NCBI GenBank assembly: GCA_902495305.1
Contig: CABUWG010000002.1
Coordinates: 11,783-75,782, forward strand
Reading direction: 5' to 3'
From: an uncultured Pseudomonadota bacterium
GTDB lineage: Bacteria; Pseudomonadota; Alphaproteobacteria; RF32; CAG-239
DNA length: 64,000 nt
Shown here: piece after piece, positions 37,925 through 47,118 of the stretch
Layout: the number at the start of each line of letters is the position of its first letter
Numbering within the stretch: position 1 is the first letter of the stretch
Made by a program: the position numbers and the translations under genes
Notes under the pieces: generated by a model
The model's input: the letters and a program-made list of their open reading frames with translations, nothing else
The model's database searches: none
Told to the model about the DNA's origin: nothing

Positions 37925-38293
37925 ATGCCTGCTTTTCATTCTTCTCATGATGACGCTTTTGACTTTTCGGAAAACGCCTACACTTCTCCGCTGGATCTGA
38001 ACCGCCATTTGGTCGCTCATCCGGCCGCCACCTATTTTTTGCGGCTGGAAAGCGATTCTCTCAGACAAGACGGCATTCTCCGCGGCGATACGCTGGTTGT
38101 TGACCGGACGCTGCCGCCGGTCTCCGGCAGTCTGGTTGTGGCAGAACTCAACGGCGAACTGCTTGCCCGCCGCCTCCGGCTGTCTTCCGGCCGGACAACC
38201 CTGTTATGTTCTGACGGCGCCGCCCGTACGGTTTCCGCCTCTGACACTTTTTCGGTCTGGGGCATTATAACCGCAAGTTTCAGAAAGTACTGA
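37925..38293 (+). CDS. umuD: UmuD'-like S24 LexA-family protein lacking the N-terminal cleavage arm and with Arg in place of the catalytic Lys
   Basis: Start taken at the internal Met MPAFHSS... (the track ORF begins at 37862). LDLNRHLVAHPAATYFLRLESDSL...VAELNGELLARRLRL aligns with E. coli UmuD [24 protein letters not shown]...AAVDGEFTVKKLQL. The nucleophile Ser is retained, K97 aligns to R, and there is no Cys-Gly/Ala-Gly cleavage site. Confidence 0.65.
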   Translation: MPAFHSSHDDAFDFSENAYTSPLDLNRHLVAHPAATYFLRLESDSLRQDGILRGDTLVVDRTLPPVSGSLVVAELNGELLARRLRLSSGRTTLLCSDGAARTVSASDTFSVWGIITASFRKY

Positions 38294-38294
38294 C

Positions 38295-39548
38295 ATGTTT
38301 TTCCTGTTTGACTGCGACAACTTTTTTGTTTCCTGTGAAAGAATATTCCGTCCGGATTTGAAAAAACGTCCGGTTGTCGTCCTGTCCAGCAACGACGGCT
38401 GCGTGGTTTCCCGTTCTTATGAAGCCAAAGCCCTGCCGATAGCCATGGGAACGCCTTACTTCAAAATCGAAAAAATGCTCCGTGCCGCCGGCGGTGTTGC
38501 ACTGTCTTCAAACTTTGAGCTCTATTCGGACATCTCCCGCCGCGTTATGAGTCTGATACGCCAAAGCTGCGGCACCATACAGGTCTATTCTGTCGACGAA
38601 GCCTTTGCCCGTCTTCCCGATACCGGCATAAACCATTTTCAGCTGGCCGTAAACATCAGGCGCCGGATTTTAAAAGAAATCGGCATTCCCGTTTCCATCG
38701 GCATTGCCCCGACCAAAACCCTTTGCAAAGTCGCGTCTTCTCTGGCCAAAAGCAAAGCCTTTGACAAAGTGGAAATTTTGACTGACCCGCAAAGGATTCG
38801 CCAGACATTAAAAAATTTTGAGGTCAAAAACATCTGGGGTATTGGCCGCCGCCTGACGCCGAAACTCAATTTTCTGGGCATATTCACTGCACTAGAACTC
38901 CAAACTTCACCGCTGAAAATGATTCGCCGGAACTTTGGCATTCCGCTGGAAAAAACCGTTATGGAACTGAACGGCCGCCCCTGTCTGGACATCGAGCGGG
39001 AAGAAACGGCGCAAAGCATAACCGTTTCCCGCAGCTTTGAACACGAACTCTCAAATTTTGAGCAGCTCGAAGCCATCATTACCGGTTTTACCGACACCGC
39101 CTGCCGCCGGCTGCGCGCCCAAAACGCCGCTGCCAAAGAAATTGCCGTTTTCTTGAAAACCAACCGCTTCAGGAATCAAAGCGGAAGCAGCGGCGGCTCT
39201 TACCTTGTCTCGCTCGGCGGTCCCTGTATCCACACCGGACGTTTTATTGCCGCCATGAAATACGGGCTAAAGCAAATATTCTCGCCGCAGGAAGCCTACA
39301 AATCAGCAGGCATAACCCTGTTGGCAATAGAAAACACCGACGCTCTCCAAACCTCTTTGTTTGAAAAATCCGCCCTGCCGCCGGAAGAACAAAAACTCAT
39401 GCAGGCATTCGACAGCCTAAACGCCAAACTCGGGGCTCATACGGTTTTCTTTGCAGCTCAGACATTGGCGCCGCAAAAATTTGTCCGCAGCAATTTCCAT
39501 TCTCCGGCTTACACAACCTCATGGCAGACACTGGCCGGCGTCCGCTGA
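38295..39548 (+). CDS. umuC: Y-family translesion DNA polymerase UmuC
   Basis: MFFLFDCDNFFVSCERIFRPDLKKRPVVVLSSNDGCVV is near-identical to the UmuC N-terminal motif. Confidence 0.8.
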   Translation: MFFLFDCDNFFVSCERIFRPDLKKRPVVVLSSNDGCVVSRSYEAKALPIAMGTPYFKIEKMLRAAGGVALSSNFELYSDISRRVMSLIRQSCGTIQVYSVDEAFARLPDTGINHFQLAVNIRRRILKEIGIPVSIGIAPTKTLCKVASSLAKSKAFDKVEILTDPQRIRQTLKNFEVKNIWGIGRRLTPKLNFLGIFTALELQTSPLKMIRRNFGIPLEKTVMELNGRPCLDIEREETAQSITVSRSFEHELSNFEQLEAIITGFTDTACRRLRAQNAAAKEIAVFLKTNRFRNQSGSSGGSYLVSLGGPCIHTGRFIAAMKYGLKQIFSPQEAYKSAGITLLAIENTDALQTSLFEKSALPPEEQKLMQAFDSLNAKLGAHTVFFAAQTLAPQKFVRSNFHSPAYTTSWQTLAGVR

Positions 39549-39550
39549 AA

Positions 39551-40261
39551 TTATCGGCCGTAGATTTTCTTTTCTATCTTCTTTTCATCCAAATCCTGCA
39601 AACAAAAGAACCAGTCTTCGCAGACGGCGCCTTCCGGCAGCTTTTCGTCACGACGTTTCAAATCTTCCATATTAGACGGTGCCGACAACACAACCTTGTC
39701 ACCGGGCTGCCAGTCCGCCGGCGTCGCCACGCCAAAAGCGTCGCTGACCTGCATTGCCGTTAAAATCCGCTTAATCTCCTGAAAATTCCGTCCGTTTGAC
39801 AAGGGATAATAAATAATCGCCCGAATTTTTCCCTGCGGATCAATGAAAAAAACTGAACGGACGGTTTTGGTATCACTGGCTCCCGGCTGAATCATACCGT
39901 AACGTTTAGCCACATCCATGCTGACATCGGCCACGACCGGAAAATCCATCTTCGGAGACTTGATACCGTTAAACTCAATCTTGTCTTCCATGGTCTTCAG
40001 CCACGCCAGATGAGAACTGATACTGTCAACCGAAACGCCGACAAGCTCGGCATTCAAAGCCTCAAATTCTTCCGCCATGGCAGCAAAAGACATCAGTTCG
40101 CTGGTGCAAACCGGCGTAAAATCAGCCGGATGAGAAAACAAAATCACCCATTTTCCGCTGTAATCATCCGGAAAGTTAATCTCACCCCGCGTTGTTGCCG
40201 CCGTAAAAGAAGGCGCTTCATCACCGATAAGCGGCATTTTTGCATGTTCTGTATTTTCCAT
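39551..40261 (-). CDS. 1-Cys peroxiredoxin (Prx6-like)
   Basis: DFTPVCTSEL peroxidatic Cys motif; 236 aa. Convergent with umuC with a 2-bp gap. Confidence 0.8.
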   Translation of the reverse strand: MENTEHAKMPLIGDEAPSFTAATTRGEINFPDDYSGKWVILFSHPADFTPVCTSELMSFAAMAEEFEALNAELVGVSVDSISSHLAWLKTMEDKIEFNGIKSPKMDFPVVADVSMDVAKRYGMIQPGASDTKTVRSVFFIDPQGKIRAIIYYPLSNGRNFQEIKRILTAMQVSDAFGVATPADWQPGDKVVLSAPSNMEDLKRRDEKLPEGAVCEDWFFCLQDLDEKKIEKKIYGR

Positions 40262-40386
40262 GACATTTCCCTCTGAAAAATTGTCTCACTCCGGCTTATA
40301 TAAAGCCCGTAAAACACTTTTCAAGTTTTACCAAATATAAAGGATTAAATGCTACATTTCAGAGAATTGGTTTAAGGAGAAAAAAC

Positions 40387-41718
40387 ATGAATTTGGACAT
40401 TTTGCTGGCGATTGCCGGACTGCTGTTGATGCTTTGCGTTTTTGCCAACAAAATTTCCGACAAATACGGCATTCCCGCTCTTTTGATTTTTCTGGGGCTC
40501 GGCATGCTTGCAGGCTCGGACGGCGTCGGCCGTATCGAATTCCACAATGCCCGCCTGACCAACGTCATCGGCACCATCGCCTTGGCCTTCATTCTGTTTT
40601 CCGGCGGCTTGGACACCAACTGGCAAAACGTCAAAGGCATTGCCAAACGCGGCAGTGTCTTGTCCACTGTCGGCGTTTTGCTGACCGCCATCTTCCTCTT
40701 TTTGTTCAGCCACGACATCTTGGGACTGTCGGTTGAAATCTCCATGCTGCTCAGCGTCATCGTGTCATCAACCGACGCGCCGGCCGTTTTCTCCATTCTG
40801 CGGTCACATAATTTAAACGTCCAGCCCCGATTAAAAGCCCTGCTGGAATTTGAATCCGGCAGTAACGATCCGATGGCCGTGTTCCTGTCAATGAGCGCCA
40901 TCGCTTTCATCTCACAAGCCGATTTTGACCTCCTCAGTCTGCTCCGGAGTTTCTTCCTGCAAATGTCTCTCGGCATTATTTTGGGACTGAGTTTCGGCTT
41001 CGGCGCCTGCCGCCTTCTGTCACAGTTCAGCCTGCCGTATAAAGGCCTGTACCCTGTTTACGGCGTCGGCGTGGTGCTGCTGAGCTACAGCTTAACCCAG
41101 CTTGCCGGCGGCAACGGCTTCTTGGCCGTCTATCTGTCAGGCATTGTCATGGGCAATACCAGCTACCAATACCGCCGCCACATCATTCGCTTTCAGGATT
41201 CTCTGGCTTGGATTATGCAGATCAGCATGTTCCTGATTCTGGGCCTGTTAGTCAACCCCAATGAGCTCTTTCAGGTTATGCCCGTCAGCTTTGCCTGCAC
41301 TATTTTCTTAATTTTTATCGCCCGTCCGCTGGCCGTATGGCTCTGCCTGCTGCGCAGTGACTTTAGCTTAAAAGAACAGATATTTATCGGCTGGGCCGGC
41401 TTTAAAGGCGCCGTCCCGATTATTCTGGCAACCTATCCGCTCATCCGCGGCTTTCCTAATTCTCAATTTCTGTTCAACCTGATTTTCTTTATGGTCATCA
41501 TCTCCGTGTTGTTTCAGGGCAAAACCCTCGCTCCGCTGGCTCGTCTGCTCCGTTTAAGTACAGAAAAGCCTTTAAATCCGGATAATCCTGATTATGTTAG
41601 TGAAAATGAAGACGACGACGACGATGACGATGATGAAAAAGAAGAAAGCTTCTCCCGTTTATCGTTCCGCAAACTGTTCAGAAAACTGCTGCATAAAGAA
41701 CCCAAAGAAGAAGAATGA
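40387..41718 (+). CDS. CPA1-family monovalent cation/H+ antiporter (NhaP-type) with an acidic poly-Asp C-terminal tail
   Basis: 12-13 TM helices with a CPA1 fold. The tail is SENEDDDDDDDDEKEE. Confidence 0.75.
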   Translation: MNLDILLAIAGLLLMLCVFANKISDKYGIPALLIFLGLGMLAGSDGVGRIEFHNARLTNVIGTIALAFILFSGGLDTNWQNVKGIAKRGSVLSTVGVLLTAIFLFLFSHDILGLSVEISMLLSVIVSSTDAPAVFSILRSHNLNVQPRLKALLEFESGSNDPMAVFLSMSAIAFISQADFDLLSLLRSFFLQMSLGIILGLSFGFGACRLLSQFSLPYKGLYPVYGVGVVLLSYSLTQLAGGNGFLAVYLSGIVMGNTSYQYRRHIIRFQDSLAWIMQISMFLILGLLVNPNELFQVMPVSFACTIFLIFIARPLAVWLCLLRSDFSLKEQIFIGWAGFKGAVPIILATYPLIRGFPNSQFLFNLIFFMVIISVLFQGKTLAPLARLLRLSTEKPLNPDNPDYVSENEDDDDDDDDEKEESFSRLSFRKLFRKLLHKEPKEEE

Positions 41719-42449
41719 AAAAATACGCTGCTTCAAATTTTCTCAAAATGCTGATTCAAAATTTCAATTTCAGCATTTTCATCAGCCTGTTTTTGTTGTC
41801 AGTCTTTCCGTTACATGAATATTTTCACGGCAATCCGGCCCAGACATTCTCCGCGCTGCTCATTCCTCTCGCCAATGCCGTTATAACCGGACTGGCCATT
41901 CTGACGCTCAACAGCTTTCTGGCCCGCCGGAACTATATTTTTTCTTACCATCCTCAGGATAAGCTCAAACTGTTTTGCATCGCATTCGGAGCCGGACTTC
42001 TGGGATACTATATCACGTCATCCTCCCTTGCCACTTACCTGATCAGCCTGATGATAACTTATACGGCAGTAATGAACGTCCGCCGCTTTGCCGGAAAACT
42101 TTCCGCCCTCTTACGGCAGGATACATTGGCAACACGCAAAGACATCGGCGAATTTGCCAACTTTTTCATCAATTTGATTATTTCTTTTTCGGTCATAAAC
42201 CTGAGTCTTAACACGCTTCACAACGACCTTAGCTGGAAACCTGCTTTTAATTTCGGAAAAGGCTTTGCCGCAGTTATAGACTCTTTTTACTTCAGCGTCA
42301 TCACCATAACAACCGTCGGCTATGGCAATATCGTTCCTCAGACACTGCTGTCCAGATTTGTTGTTGCTCTGGAATGCCTGACCGGTTATATCATTCTGGG
42401 AATAATGATCGGCATCATCACCCGCGGCATCACCGCCCAAAGAAGATAG
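41715..42449 (+). CDS. potassium channel (TVGYG selectivity filter), translationally coupled to the antiporter
   Basis: ATGA overlap with the upstream gene. Pore helix plus TTVGYGNIVP. Confidence 0.65.
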   Translation: MKKYAASNFLKMLIQNFNFSIFISLFLLSVFPLHEYFHGNPAQTFSALLIPLANAVITGLAILTLNSFLARRNYIFSYHPQDKLKLFCIAFGAGLLGYYITSSSLATYLISLMITYTAVMNVRRFAGKLSALLRQDTLATRKDIGEFANFFINLIISFSVINLSLNTLHNDLSWKPAFNFGKGFAAVIDSFYFSVITITTVGYGNIVPQTLLSRFVVALECLTGYIILGIMIGIITRGITAQRR

Positions 42450-42710
42450 CGCCTTTCCGCTCAACAAAACCCGCTTCTTCACAACTCCGAACGCACCTTT
42501 CTCTCGCCTCAGCAGCCCTCATTCCTTCCGGCTTCCCAACAGTCTGTTCTACACTTCAACCACATGCGTGCCTTTTCCAACTCCAGACTTCCCCCTCATC
42601 TGTCTCTTACCGCAGAACCAGCCGATTTTTTCTCAAATCTAACCGCTTCGGCAGACATGATATTCAATAAATCTCTCTGACCGGCACCCAGCACCCCAGT
42701 CTCCAATAAC

Positions 42711-42959
42711 TTAATACAAAATCTTAATATTGCCGGCCGCAATCCTGCCCTTATCATCATATAAGTCAAAGCTAACCTTTTGACCTTCTTTCAAATATTT
42801 AAATCCAATCTTTTCCAATTGCGAGATATGCAGAAAAAATTCCTGCTTGCTTTCATCATGAACAATAAAACCATAACCTTTTGAAACATCAAACCATTTA
42901 ATTTTTCCAATCATAATATCCCCCCTAACATCGCTAAAAGAAGTAAAATCATCTGACAA
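42711..42959 (-). CDS. cspA: cold-shock protein CspA family (probable true start at the internal Met near 42914)
   Basis: MIGKIKWFDVSKGYGFIV RNP1 motif and a long AT-rich 5' leader. Confidence 0.75.
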   Translation of the reverse strand: MSDDFTSFSDVRGDIMIGKIKWFDVSKGYGFIVHDESKQEFFLHISQLEKIGFKYLKEGQKVSFDLYDDKGRIAAGNIKILY

Positions 42960-43206
42960 TCAAAATTAGATAAAATTATAACTTGTCAACTTTAAAAAAT
43001 AAACTTACATTTATTTACAGTAACAAAAGACAACGAATAATTACAATTTTCGTTCATTATTGACACAAAAACCTAAGAAACCCTTAACATATATAGGATT
43101 TAACACAATTTTATAAAACTTTTGTTTATAACCCTACAAATACGCGATTTTAATATAAAAATATACCTTTGGATTGGAAAAAATAATTTTTCAGAAATTT
43201 AAAAAA

Positions 43207-43238
43207 CAAAAAAAGGCGATTCGCATCGCCTTTTTTTA
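43207..43238 (-). terminator. terminator after rplQ (end of the ribosomal superoperon)
   Basis: AGGCGA-ttcgca-TCGCCT perfect hairpin flanked by an A-run and T7. Confidence 0.7.
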
Positions 43239-43252
43239 CTCAAAAGAACAAA

Positions 43253-43693
43253 CTAGTTAGCTTCTTTGGCAGCGGCTTCAGCAGCAGCTTTTTCTTCGGC
43301 AACACGAGCCAGATCTTTTGCACCTTTGGCGTTAACATCTCTGTCAACGAGTTCAATAACAGCCATCGGAGCACAGTCACCATAACGGAAACCGGCTTTC
43401 AAAACTCTGGTATAACCGCCGTTGCGTTCTTTATAACGCTCGGCCAAAGTGGAGAAAAGCTTGGAAACAACTTCGTTGTCACGAAGAAAAGCCAAAGCCT
43501 GTCTGCGGTTGCTCAAATCACCTTTTTTACCCAGAGTGATCATGTTATCAACAAAAGTTCTCAATTCTTTAGCTCTCGGGAGCGTAACGCTAATCTGCTC
43601 ATGTGTTAAAACAGCATTGGTCAGGTTAGCAAACAAAGCTCTTCTCTGGCTTCTTGTCATATTAAGTTTTCTGTGTTTCATTCCATGTCTCAT
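43253..43693 (-). CDS. rplQ: 50S ribosomal protein L17
   Basis: [24 protein letters not shown]... Confidence 0.9.
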   Translation of the reverse strand: MRHGMKHRKLNMTRSQRRALFANLTNAVLTHEQISVTLPRAKELRTFVDNMITLGKKGDLSNRRQALAFLRDNEVVSKLFSTLAERYKERNGGYTRVLKAGFRYGDCAPMAVIELVDRDVNAKGAKDLARVAEEKAAAEAAAKEAN

Positions 43694-43806
43694 GACATAT
43701 TTCCTTTCTTTTTCTCTGTGTCCTGCAGGGCAGAACGGATAAAACTCCGGCCTTTACCACGGATTCTCAACAAGCTCATGCATAAAGGCACTTCAATCGA
43801 GGCTGT

Positions 43807-43843
43807 TTGTAACACACAAAAAACTGAATTGCAAGCAAAAAAA
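43807..43843 (-). promoter_or_regulatory. promoter-like motif copy 1 (TTTTTTTGCTTGCAATT...TGTGTTACAAA) upstream of rplQ
   Basis: About 30/38 identical to the motif upstream of rpsJ at 59945..59982. Confidence 0.45.
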
Positions 43844-43886
43844 GACAGCAACCAAAGCTAAAAGCCCCAATCACTGTCTTTTTTCT
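43836..43886 (-). terminator. possible terminator of orphan gene 43886..44518
   Basis: AAGACAG ... CTGTCTT stem with a large 25-nt loop, then T7 on the minus strand. Confidence 0.3.
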
Positions 43887-44518
43887 CACAATTTTCCCAA
43901 CAAAACCGAAAAATCATCATGCTCAATATAATAATGACGATTTGTCCTTTCCAAATCATAACATTCATAAGGATCTCCGGCTTGTCCCTTTTTCAACGCT
44001 AACATCCAAAAGCAAACTTTCTCCAAACTGGGCACCTCTGCTTCCCTCATTTGCGCAATCAAAGCAGGCCGATATTTCTCCACGAGACGGGAATCTGCTC
44101 TGCTTAAAAGGCTGACTCCCAGTCGCTCAACCGTTTCTAACAGATAGTGAGGGAAAACCGCAATCGGCGTCACGCCGGCAATAATCAAATCCGCCGACAA
44201 GGCAAATCCGCGTAATCTTCCGCTTTTTTCCACCACATACCACGGAGAAGACTTTTCAGCGTAACAGTTCCGAACTTTGCTCTTGACCTGTTCAGCAGCC
44301 GCATTATCATCAACCCAAATAATCAAAGGCTTATTCTTAGTCAAAAACCATTCCGGCAGCACGGGGTACTCAAAACAAAAAAGCCGTTCGCACAAAAGCT
44401 CATGAATCGCTCTGTCATGCTCCCAATACGGAACATCCGCTCTTGGCACAAAGTGACAATAAACCGCGTAGATCAACGTCCAATCTTCTTGCTGAACAAA
44501 CCGTCGCCAAACGTCCAC
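43886..44518 (-). CDS. orphan hypothetical protein inserted between rpoA and rplQ (GTG start)
   Basis: 210-aa ORF with normal amino-acid complexity and no domain recognised. Confidence 0.45.
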   Translation of the reverse strand: MDVWRRFVQQEDWTLIYAVYCHFVPRADVPYWEHDRAIHELLCERLFCFEYPVLPEWFLTKNKPLIIWVDDNAAAEQVKSKVRNCYAEKSSPWYVVEKSGRLRGFALSADLIIAGVTPIAVFPHYLLETVERLGVSLLSRADSRLVEKYRPALIAQMREAEVPSLEKVCFWMLALKKGQAGDPYECYDLERTNRHYYIEHDDFSVLLGKL

Positions 44519-45018
44519 ATTATCATCCCGACTGGGAACAGGGAAACTTCGCCGCTCAGGACTAACCTTTATGGGTTAGAAACTTTAACTTTCTTTTCGA
44601 ACCCCAATTTACAAAATAATTCTTTTAACATAAGTGTAGTATTTAAAATTAATAATTATCTATAACTCTGAAAAAATAACATATCAAACTCAAAAAGCAA
44701 GAAAATTATTCCGGCAAAAACCACGCCCGCACCTTATCTTCATCACGACCTCAGATCCTGCCCTTCTTTCGCCCCTACTTCAGCCTCACCTCACCCTTTC
44801 ATCCCTGCTTTGGCCTCTTCGCACACCCTCTCCCAACCCCACTTTTCCTCCCACACCATACACCAATTATTTCCACACACCACGCTTACATACAATCCCC
44901 CCTTTCACTCTTTTCTGCCTCTCACAACCGCCACAACATTGCGACACGACCAATCAACATCTGTCCGCCCTTTTTTTTCCTCCTTCCTCCATCAAAGAAA
45001 ACGACAACAAGCTTTAAA

Positions 45019-45056
45019 ATACAAAAAAGGAAGCCGTATCAAGCTTCCTTTTTCTT
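45019..45056 (-). terminator. terminator immediately after rpoA
   Basis: AAGGAAGC-cgtatca-GCTTCCTT hairpin followed on the minus strand by TTTTTTGT. Confidence 0.6.
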
Positions 45057-45070
45057 TATATTTTCAACAC

Positions 45071-46071
45071 TTAAAAGTGTTCGTCAACACGACGGATCAG
45101 TTCCTCAATATTTTCAGGCGGCCAACCCGGCGTATCCATACCAAGATGAATACCCATCTTTGCCAGAACTTCTTTGATTTCATTCAAAGATTTTCTGCCA
45201 AAGTTCGGCGTTCTGAGCATTTCGGCTTCAGTCTTCTGAACCAAATCACCAATATAGACAATGTTGTCATTTTTGAGGCAGTTGGCAGAACGAACAGACA
45301 ATTCAAGTTCTTCAACCTTTTTAAGCAGGTTTTTGTTGAACGGCAGCTCTTCTTTTTCAACTTCAACTTCGCTTTCCGGTTCATCAAAGTTAATAAACGG
45401 TTTCAGCTGATCTTGCAAGATTCTTGCTGCCAAAGCAACCGCATCTTCCGGAGAAACAACACTGTTGGTTTCAACAACCAGAGTCAGTTTGTCATAGTCG
45501 GTAACCTGACCGACGCGGGTATTCTCAACTTTGTAAGAAACCTTCTTAACCGGAGAATAAATCGCATCTACGGCAATCACGCCGATCGGAGCATCTGCGG
45601 CTTTGTTCTGGAACGCCGGCACATAGCCTTTACCGGTATTAACCGTCAATTCCATATTGATTTTAGCACCGGCATCCAGATTGCAGATAACGTGGTCAGG
45701 ATTCTTAATCTCAACGTCATGACCTGTATCAATCATCTGTGCGGTAACCTCACAAGGACCTTCAGCCTTCAAAGTCATCGTCTTCGGGCCTTCGCCGTGA
45801 ACAGCCACAGCCAAACCTTTAATGTTCAGGACGATATCTGTAACATCTTCTCTGACCCCCGGAATAACGGAAAACTCATGAAGCACACCGTTAATCTTAA
45901 TAGCGGTTACGGCACCGCCTTGCAGAGAAGACAGCAAAACGCGTCTCAGCGCGTTACCCAAAGTTAATCCGAAACCCCGCTCCAGAGGTTCAACCACGAT
46001 TTTAGCCTTGCTGCCGCCCTCACTGGGAACAACTTCTAAGTTCGTAGGTTTAATAAGTTCTTGCCAATTCT
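45071..46071 (-). CDS. rpoA: DNA-directed RNA polymerase alpha subunit (probable GTG start giving [12 protein letters not shown])
   Basis: Canonical RpoA N-terminus and alpha-CTD. AGAGGA RBS before GTG 46071 (the track ORF extends to 46099 via TTG). Confidence 0.9.
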
Positions 46072-46185
46072 TTTGAATCACTGGTATGTCCTCTTTCAAT
46101 TAGTGCATATGCATATTTTACAAAACTCAAGAGAAAGCGAGGCACTAAAGCAGCCTCGATCTCTTTACATAACAAAGATAAAAGA

Positions 46186-46578
46186 CTAAACGCGGCGTCT
46201 TTTTCTCAAGCGGCAGCCATTGTGAGGAATAGGAGTAACATCACGAATAGAAGTGATGGTAAAACCTATAACCTGCAATGCTCTGATCGCAGATTCTCTA
46301 CCAGAACCGGGACCTTTAACTTCAACTTCCAGAGTTTTCATGCCGTGTTCCTGAGCTTTTTTACCGGCATCTTCTGCAGCTACCTGAGCAGCATAAGGGG
46401 TAGACTTTCTGGAACCTTTAAAACCCTGAGCACCCGATGTTGACCAGGCAACGGTATTGCCCTGAGCATCGGTAATTGTAATTCTTGTATTATTGAAAGT
46501 AGAATTTACATGAGCCACGCCCGCTGTAATATTCTTCTTTTCTTTTTTCTTCACACGTTGTGATACTGCTTTTGCCAT
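46186..46578 (-). CDS. rpsK: 30S ribosomal protein S11
   Basis: S11 sequence ending ...[14 protein letters not shown]. Confidence 0.9.
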   Translation of the reverse strand: MAKAVSQRVKKKEKKNITAGVAHVNSTFNNTRITITDAQGNTVAWSTSGAQGFKGSRKSTPYAAQVAAEDAGKKAQEHGMKTLEVEVKGPGSGRESAIRALQVIGFTITSIRDVTPIPHNGCRLRKRRRV

Positions 46579-46597
46579 TTAACAACTACCCTTCAAA

Positions 46598-46966
46598 CTA
46601 TTTTTTCTTGTTAGCGACAGTTTTACGTTTACCTTTGCGGGTTCTGGCATTTTGTTTAGTGCTCTGTCCGCGAACCGGCAAACCTTTACGATGTCTCAGG
46701 CCTCTGTAGCAGCCAAGATCCATCAGTCTTTTAATATTAACACCGACTTCGCGGCGCAATTCGCCTTCAACGAGGCAGTTTGAATCAATTTCTTCACGGA
46801 TTTTGGCAATCTCGTCTTCGCTCAGATCCTGAACGCGACGATCGCCGGAAACTCCGGTTTTTGCACAAATGTCTTGAGCAGTTTTTCTTCCAATACCGAA
46901 AATATAAGTCAATGCGACTTCAATTTTCTTGGCAGTTGGGATATTTACACCAGCTATACGAGCCAA
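46598..46966 (-). CDS. rpsM: 30S ribosomal protein S13
   Basis: [26 protein letters not shown]... Confidence 0.9.
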   Translation of the reverse strand: MARIAGVNIPTAKKIEVALTYIFGIGRKTAQDICAKTGVSGDRRVQDLSEDEIAKIREEIDSNCLVEGELRREVGVNIKRLMDLGCYRGLRHRKGLPVRGQSTKQNARTRKGKRKTVANKKK

Positions 46967-47035
46967 ATTAACTCTCCATTTTTAAAAAAATTTACCACAT
47001 TCAAAAAGTTGATCACCACTCTTCAAAATTAAGGC

Positions 47036-47067
47036 GGATTATATGCCAAAAATTTTTAGTGTCAACC
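47036..47067 (-). promoter_or_regulatory. consensus sigma70-type promoter of the alpha operon (rpsM-rpsK-rpoA)
   Basis: On the minus strand TTGACA-N16-TATAAT. The -35 is at 47060..47065 and the -10 at 47038..47043, about 70 nt upstream of rpsM. Confidence 0.55.
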
Positions 47068-47118
47068 ACCCTTTTTACAAAATTCTTGAAAAAAACGCAT
47101 TTTTTTCAAAAAAAGTCA

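Noticed and set aside
40359-40976. 205-aa minus-strand ORF
   Set aside because: Antisense to the CPA1 antiporter gene. No independent support.
44810-45967. 385-aa plus-strand ORF
   Set aside because: Its N-terminus lies in the stop-poor pyrimidine-rich tract and the rest is antisense to rpoA. Composition artefact.
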